Virus record (IMG/VR): IMGVR_UViG_3300012953_000137
Span: 1-30,244 of that record
Strand: one strand, 5' to 3'
Source of the DNA: a virus
Lineage: Duplodnaviria; Caudoviricetes
DNA length: 30,244 bases
Under the pieces are notes generated by a model that saw nothing but the letters and a program-made list of their open reading frames with translations, searched no databases and was not told the DNA's origin. Below are positions 25,146 to 30,244 of the stretch, one piece after another. The number at the start of each line of letters is the position of its first letter. Positions within the stretch are counted from its first letter, which is position 1. The position numbers and the translations under genes were made by a program.

Positions 25146-26380
25146 AAGTAGTTGGTTATGCTGGTGGGTTCTACAAGAACCTACTACAATGGAATCCACT
25201 AGAAATCCCGATAAAAGATGAGTGGAAGACACTAGAGAAAGATTGGAAGTCAATCGGATCACCCCTGATGGAAATACACCCTGATCTGAATCCCTATATT
25301 GGGGATTGGAGGCGTATTGGTGAGCTTGGTGAGAACTACCTATATGCATTGGGGCGTCTTGTTGCTTGTCCCTTACCTATGGATAGGACAGACCAATGGA
25401 ATTTATTCAATCTCGCATTAGACCCCATTCCACCTACAGGGGGAATTAATTTCAAGTATGAAGATGTTGTTCTCATGAGAGCAGAACATATATGGAAACA
25501 AAACAAACCAGTAAGAGTGTGGTGGAGCGGTGGTATAGACTCGACTACTGCCCTATGTGCATTGTTGACCACAAAACCTGTTGGTGCAGAACTGATCATT
25601 CTGATGAGTGAGGCAACTAAGATTGAAAACCCTTCCATGGCTGATACTATACTAGGTAATGTGTTTGATGTCAAGATAGAATGGTCAACAAAAGAGAATA
25701 TGTGGACAAATACGAATCGCTGGGATGGAACAACTCTGAACATTACAGGTGAATGTGGTGATCCCATGTACGGTACATTTGTGGTAGAACATCACATAGA
25801 AGAGATTGATGAGCCTTGGGAAAAAATATTTGAATGGGATGATGTCAATTTCATATACAATCGACCATCTAAGGAAAATCAAATCCACAGAGGGAAGTGC
25901 ATAGAATTTTGTAGAGAATACATCAAGTCATGTCCATTTCCAATAAAGACCACTTTCGATTTCACATGGTGGTTGGCATTCACGATTAAGTGGCAGTGGA
26001 TAGATCGAAGATTGTTCGCATATCTGGAAGACCCTAGTGGATGGCAGAATATGTGGTCATTCTACAATACCCCAGAATTTCAGAAGTGGAGTATGATGAA
26101 CCATGATCTCAAACATAAAGGCACATGGAAGACATATAAGTGGCCAAGTAAAGAGTTCATATATAAGTTTAACAGAGATGCGACCTATCGAGACAATAAG
26201 GTAAAAGAAACATCGTTTCCTAAGACTGCTCCTGTAGGTCTTGAGTCGATACGCAATAAACTTATCATGGATGACGGTACATATTATCGTAGACAAAAAC
26301 CATTACCCCCAACGATAAATAAGTGGGACGTTCTCTGTAAACCCACATTTGAACGAATAAAGGAGAAAATTAATGTTTGA
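25121..26380 (+). CDS. Asparagine-synthetase-like PP-loop ATP pyrophosphatase lacking a glutaminase domain
   Basis: WSGGIDST PP-loop and ITGECGDPMYG (AsnB-type SGEG.DE.FG motif); start may be TTG 25142. Confidence 0.75.
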   Translation: MGKRTKDLKVVGYAGGFYKNLLQWNPLEIPIKDEWKTLEKDWKSIGSPLMEIHPDLNPYIGDWRRIGELGENYLYALGRLVACPLPMDRTDQWNLFNLALDPIPPTGGINFKYEDVVLMRAEHIWKQNKPVRVWWSGGIDSTTALCALLTTKPVGAELIILMSEATKIENPSMADTILGNVFDVKIEWSTKENMWTNTNRWDGTTLNITGECGDPMYGTFVVEHHIEEIDEPWEKIFEWDDVNFIYNRPSKENQIHRGKCIEFCREYIKSCPFPIKTTFDFTWWLAFTIKWQWIDRRLFAYLEDPSGWQNMWSFYNTPEFQKWSMMNHDLKHKGTWKTYKWPSKEFIYKFNRDATYRDNKVKETSFPKTAPVGLESIRNKLIMDDGTYYRRQKPLPPTINKWDVLCKPTFERIKEKINV

Positions 26381-26780
26381 GTACCCCTGTAAAGTAGTCC
26401 ATATCGTGGATGGTGATACGGTTGATGTAGACATTGACCTCGGCTTTGGTATATGGATTCATAAAGAACGAATAAGACTATACGGTATAGACACACCTGA
26501 GTCAAGGACAAGAGACTTGGAAGAAAAGAAATACGGTTTCGCTGCAAAGGACTATCTCACTGGCATGCTAGATGACACACAGATACTACTTAAAACCCAC
26601 AAGGATGACAAGGGTAAATTTGGACGTATTCTGGGCGAGTTGTGGAGAACATCCAACTATGCAGATAAGAGCATAAACGAGTACATGATTGAGAAACATC
26701 ACGCTGTACGGTATATGGGACAATCCAAGGAAGATATAGCAGAGGAGCATATCAGAAACCGAGAATATGTCACTCTTTGA
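26373..26780 (+). CDS. Thermonuclease (SNase)-family nuclease
   Basis: VDGDTVD, RIRLYGIDTPE and KGKFGRILG motifs. Confidence 0.92.
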   Translation: MFEYPCKVVHIVDGDTVDVDIDLGFGIWIHKERIRLYGIDTPESRTRDLEEKKYGFAAKDYLTGMLDDTQILLKTHKDDKGKFGRILGELWRTSNYADKSINEYMIEKHHAVRYMGQSKEDIAEEHIRNREYVTL

Positions 26781-27279
26781 ACGCACAAATGTACAGTATG
26801 ACATTGAACAAATACTACGAGAATGGGAGTCCATTCGTCCTAAAATAGTCTGGTACGGAAAGGGAAGTCAAACCGCATTGCAATATGCGGAAGGCCAGGA
26901 CTGTCCATATACAGACCCTTGCGGAAGTTTCACAAATCGAGTCGGAAAGACGGTAAACGAAGAAAAAGACATATCCGTACTCACTCCCGCCTACAAAAAC
27001 ACCATATTCGAAACGATAATAAAAGAACAGAATGCCTATAGAATGAGGGTGCTTTGTCGTAAAAAACAGACCACATACACCATTCATACGGATGTAACCC
27101 CCTTTCGATTTCACCTTGCACTGATTACGAATCCAGACTCTTATGTGGTATATCCGAACCAACAAAAACTTTATCACGTACCAGCGGACGGCTATGTGTA
27201 TCGTGTGGACACTTCTGTACCTCATACGGTGATGAACTGTGGCCCTGATCGGTATCACCTTGTGTGGGGAAGTAAGTAA
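26767..27279 (+). CDS. Fe(II)/2OG oxygenase, Asp/Asn beta-hydroxylase-like
   Basis: HTD, RFHL.LITN, HTV.N and R.HLV motifs (HxD...H...R). Confidence 0.75.
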   Translation: MSLFERTNVQYDIEQILREWESIRPKIVWYGKGSQTALQYAEGQDCPYTDPCGSFTNRVGKTVNEEKDISVLTPAYKNTIFETIIKEQNAYRMRVLCRKKQTTYTIHTDVTPFRFHLALITNPDSYVVYPNQQKLYHVPADGYVYRVDTSVPHTVMNCGPDRYHLVWGSK

Positions 27280-27861
27280 ATGTTCTGTCATTTAAACTAC
27301 AAAGTGGACAAGACATACCTGAGAGAGTACTTTTACGACCATTATGAGTCGGGGGAATGGCATCGTTTTGATCCACCCAAACTGATGTGGTGGAAATTGT
27401 TTGTATATGATGACGTTGTAAAAAACATAATGAAAGACCTTGGTATAGACTCAATGAACGTAAAACCACGATTTTCCTTTCAATTTCCTCATACAACACT
27501 CCAAGAACACCTAGATTATCAACGAATCGTAGGTATCAACTTCAATCTAGAACCAAGTACCACTCCTGATCTGCATATTCATGGAAAAGACTATCCATAC
27601 GAGGCATGTCTTGCTGACGTAGGTGCAGTAGGACATAGTGTAGAATCCGTCCCATATGAGAGACTTATACTGAAATTCGCAATAAGAGAACCATATAATA
27701 CCATATATGACGCACTGGAGTCAAGGGGTTTGATAGATCACGAAAAAACAACAAAGATCAATCCATCCTATAAATCATGGGAATCGACCATATCAAAACA
27801 AGATGAACGATATCTGACAGGTAAATATCTTGCAAATCAACTGTTGCAGTACAAGTCATGA
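27280..27861 (+). CDS. Putative cupin / Fe(II)-2OG oxygenase
   Basis: EHLD, INF.L, HSV and RLILK motifs (HxD...H...R). Confidence 0.55.
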   Translation: MFCHLNYKVDKTYLREYFYDHYESGEWHRFDPPKLMWWKLFVYDDVVKNIMKDLGIDSMNVKPRFSFQFPHTTLQEHLDYQRIVGINFNLEPSTTPDLHIHGKDYPYEACLADVGAVGHSVESVPYERLILKFAIREPYNTIYDALESRGLIDHEKTTKINPSYKSWESTISKQDERYLTGKYLANQLLQYKS

Positions 27862-28400
27862 TAACCAGTGATAATTGGATAGATGATTCGCATTACAAAG
27901 CCCTATGTTCATTACACATAGAATATAACAGTGTACACTGGTTAGGATATAACGCAAAACCTCTTCATGCGTTACATGACCTAATGCTGAAGGATAAACC
28001 GACAATACCACACAGAGGGGCAACCGCTTGGTATAACATAAGACCGATAGACCCACAATGGCACAATGACATAGATTCATATTGTACAGTGAACGGTAAT
28101 ACGCAATATCCGATAAAACGCCCCGAAAGAACAAACCTATATTACCTAAAAACACCCGATGAAGGGGGAGAACTAGAACTAAAAGATGGAACACGAATAA
28201 AACCCCTCGTAAATCGTCATGTATCATTTGATTGCACTATAACACATAGAGTACGACCATACAAGGGAAATCGTGTATCAATAGGTATCATATGGTGGTA
28301 TGACACGCCTATATACGGTGATTTACCTATGAACAAATCTTTAACATTGCATAGACAATGGGAGATAGAGGATGCTAAGACAGTTGCGGAGAACAACTAG
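27858..28400 (+). CDS. Fe(II)/2OG oxygenase, prolyl-4-hydroxylase-like
   Basis: WHND, YYL, GGEL, P..NR.V.FD, HRV and RVSI motifs. Confidence 0.8.
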   Translation: MITSDNWIDDSHYKALCSLHIEYNSVHWLGYNAKPLHALHDLMLKDKPTIPHRGATAWYNIRPIDPQWHNDIDSYCTVNGNTQYPIKRPERTNLYYLKTPDEGGELELKDGTRIKPLVNRHVSFDCTITHRVRPYKGNRVSIGIIWWYDTPIYGDLPMNKSLTLHRQWEIEDAKTVAENN

Positions 28401-28536
28401 AGACATAAAAAACGACAGTCCATGCATAGGCGTATGTACATTAAACGAACAAAACATATGTATAGGATGCAATCGCCATATAGATGAGATAATACAAAGG
28501 GGGAATGATGATAAAAGAACACCTAATAAAGAGTAA
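28372..28536 (+). CDS. DUF1289-like small Cys4 protein, 54 aa (not in ORF track)
   Basis: SPCIGVCTLNEQNICIGCNRHIDEI signature; SD GGAG upstream of ATG 28372. Confidence 0.75.
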   Translation: MLRQLRRTTRDIKNDSPCIGVCTLNEQNICIGCNRHIDEIIQRGNDDKRTPNKE

Positions 28537-28762
28537 TGTATCATATACAGCTCACACATACCATGCCATAGTAACAGGATTTAGACTTATATGGGGAGGA
28601 ATAACCAGTATAATACACGGTATATGCCCTGTATTCTTTGATGGAAATGCACCTAGAATGATCATTGATATCTACCATGACCATCTTATATCACATAAGA
28701 ACAAGGAATACAAGGAAATGATCTCACAGGCACGTATGCGGAACAAAGTTAAAAAGGTTTAA
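28505..28762 (+). CDS. DUF6356-like small membrane-associated protein
   Basis: HL......Y..H and G....IHG..P..F motifs; family call from memory. Confidence 0.6.
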   Translation: MMIKEHLIKSNVSYTAHTYHAIVTGFRLIWGGITSIIHGICPVFFDGNAPRMIIDIYHDHLISHKNKEYKEMISQARMRNKVKKV

Positions 28763-28846
28763 ATAAACATAGAGTTGTTGTGATACAAGTCTGTAGGGTA
28801 TCGCCAGAAAATCCTCAGTATGCTCAGAATTATTTCGAAAAGGGAC

Positions 28847-28970
28847 TTGACAATGCACTCAGAATGGGGTATATTGACTATGCTGGGTTTCACCAAGTAC
28901 ATTCTATATGCAATTTAATTCAAAATAAATGAAAATAAAGCTTGACAAACCCCTCTGAGTGTCGTATACT
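28847..28970 (+). promoter_or_regulatory. Tandem sigma70-like promoters
   Basis: TTGACA(28847)-17-TATATT(28870); TTGACT(28874)-18-TACATT(28898); A-tract UP-like element then TTGACA(28942)-17-TATACT(28965). Confidence 0.8.
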
Positions 28971-28976
28971 GTGTAT

Positions 28977-29385
28977 ATGATGAGAGTTAAGGATGGTTGG
29001 TCTACAGTAAAGTTCCTCAAGAGAGGTGTAGAGGTTGCGTGTTTCTCATCAAAGTTATTCGGGAGAGGCCGAGAGAGTTCTGGAGTGCCTGTGGCACTAG
29101 GGTGTTTAGTCACCACTGTTTCTCTCTCCCCCACAACAGTAGGAGTACCATGCTCATTCATGGTTATAGGAGTGCCATGCTAATGGTTTAGAGTGACCAC
29201 AGTAGTCCACACATAAGGCGTTGAGAGCTCGCAGTGGACGGAAACCGCAAGTACCATACCATCACTATGGGAACGCTATGTGGAAGGTAGGTTGAGTGAT
29301 GGAGAGTCCCCCCGACATACAGGTGTAGGGACTCTAATTGTATCTGGAGAGCTACCCCCCCAAAAAGTAAACGGTAGGTTCCATC
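28977..29385 (+). ncRNA. Candidate large multi-domain structured RNA of unknown class
   Basis: Starts at the predicted +1 of a near-consensus promoter; GC-richer than flanks; about ten readable stems; no credible protein ORF. Confidence 0.6.
29140..29181 (+). repeat. Tandem 15-nt repeat TAGGAGTRCCATGCT, period 27
   Basis: Copies at 29140-29154 and 29167-29181, each followed by ATGGTT; partial GGAGTGCC at 29082-29089. Confidence 0.85.
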
Positions 29386-29482
29386 AATCTATAAATGCAA
29401 TAAGTATCCAATGAAATATTTCGAGTACCCCCCATACCCCATTTCTTTTTGACACTTAACTGGACTTCTAAATATACCCATA

Positions 29483-29800
29483 ATGAAATTCCTCTATATT
29501 GTTCTATTCATAACATTAGTGTCTGCATGTGCATTACCATGGCCTGTTACTGTATTGTCTACTGGTGTAGATATTATAATGAAGAAACAAACTGGTAAGA
29601 CACCCCTAGAACATGGTGCAAGTTCAATTACTGGTACTGACTGTAACTTTACGAGAGTGATAGATGGAGTATTTCCTTGCATGACTTCTGAGGAATACGT
29701 GGATTATCTCTTTGACATGGATTGTGATGAGTATACATGGGATAACATGTTACAGATACCGATATGCAAAAAAGTGCTTGACAATCCCTCTAAAGGATGA
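29483..29800 (+). CDS. Putative lipoprotein
   Basis: MKFLYIVLFITLVSA-C lipobox, TGK...H..S..TG.DC motif; CTAAATA at 29468-29474. Confidence 0.75.
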   Translation: MKFLYIVLFITLVSACALPWPVTVLSTGVDIIMKKQTGKTPLEHGASSITGTDCNFTRVIDGVFPCMTSEEYVDYLFDMDCDEYTWDNMLQIPICKKVLDNPSKG

Positions 29801-29806
29801 TATAGT
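29778..29806 (+). promoter_or_regulatory. Sigma70-like early promoter
   Basis: TTGACA(29778)-17 nt-TATAGT(29801) with extended -10 TG. Confidence 0.8.
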
Positions 29807-29836
29807 CATAGTTACATTAAACTTAGGAATAGTACA

Positions 29837-30103
29837 ATGACATTTAATATAAACGATACTGTGAATTACTCTTATGGTGATTCGATAAAAAACGGAGTTA
29901 TTACGGAGATATCCTCTGACATGGACTCTTATGATGATATGAGGTTGGAGGACGGTGTTCCTCTGTATTGGTCGAAGAAGATGAAGAAGTTCACACCTGT
30001 CAAGGATAAGAACATGAGCACAGTGTTTCTCACAGTATGCTCTGGTAAGGGACTTCAAGAACAGTTTGATTTTATCACAATGGATGAGGTTATTCATGGA
30101 TAA
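29837..30103 (+). CDS. Early hypothetical protein
   Basis: 88 aa with SD AGGA after the promoter. Confidence 0.7.
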   Translation: MTFNINDTVNYSYGDSIKNGVITEISSDMDSYDDMRLEDGVPLYWSKKMKKFTPVKDKNMSTVFLTVCSGKGLQEQFDFITMDEVIHG

Positions 30104-30244
30104 CGTAAAACTAAAAGAACTTCAGAATGAGTTGTGGAACATTGTGAATAAATACGTTGGCCCCGAAGACCGTGGCGCCGTTCTCGGAATATCGGGAATG
30201 ATGATCTCTATTGCTATTGAACTATATACTGTAGTTCTTCAAGA
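30096..30244 (+). CDS. Hypothetical protein, truncated by window end
   Basis: SD GAGG; MDNVKLKELQNELWNIV... open to the last base. Confidence 0.6.
   Translation, partial: MDNVKLKELQNELWNIVNKYVGPEDRGAVLGISGMMISIAIELYTVVLQ

Noticed and set aside
25121-26380. Lasso-peptide cyclase or QueC
   Set aside because: No leader peptidase, RRE or credible precursor nearby; the QueC Zn-binding Cys motif and other 7-deazaguanine genes are not seen.
29140-29190. Mini CRISPR array
   Set aside because: Only two 15-nt copies with a 12-nt gap; unit size does not fit CRISPR and there are no cas genes.
28904-29191. Three overlapping ORFs of 85, 74 and 64 aa
   Set aside because: Two overlap the promoter, none has a recognisable motif, and the GC-richer stem sequence explains the lack of stops.

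Overview
A 30-kb segment of a T4-like myovirus genome, probably marine. An alphaproteobacterial host is inferred from its two-piece, alpha-type tmRNA. From left to right: (1) RNase H and an early accessory block (HExxH peptidase, SleB-type wall hydrolase, MazG, DenV-like glycosylase, PhoH, rubredoxin, lysozyme, PD-(D/E)XK exonuclease). (2) A circularly permuted tmRNA gene whose intervening segment carries two small ORFs. (3) gp33, gp59, ThyX and gp32. (4) A minus-strand tail/baseplate block (gp4, gp2, gp54-like, gp26, gp51, a membrane protein, a tape-measure-like protein) and a plus-strand gp48-gp53-hub block. (5) A zeta-toxin-like kinase and a cluster of short early genes behind sigma70-like promoters. 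(6) A cluster with IscA/HesB, an asparagine-synthetase-like PP-loop enzyme, a nuclease and three Fe(II)/2OG-type oxygenases. (7) A ~410-nt highly structured region behind tandem strong promoters, with no credible ORF. The most notable items are the ORF-containing permuted tmRNA, a dnaX-style -1 frameshift signal that would fuse gp26 to gp51, and three further candidate structured RNAs (4378-4492, 7765-7960, 28977-29385). All family calls come from motif recognition by eye; no searches or folding programs were run.
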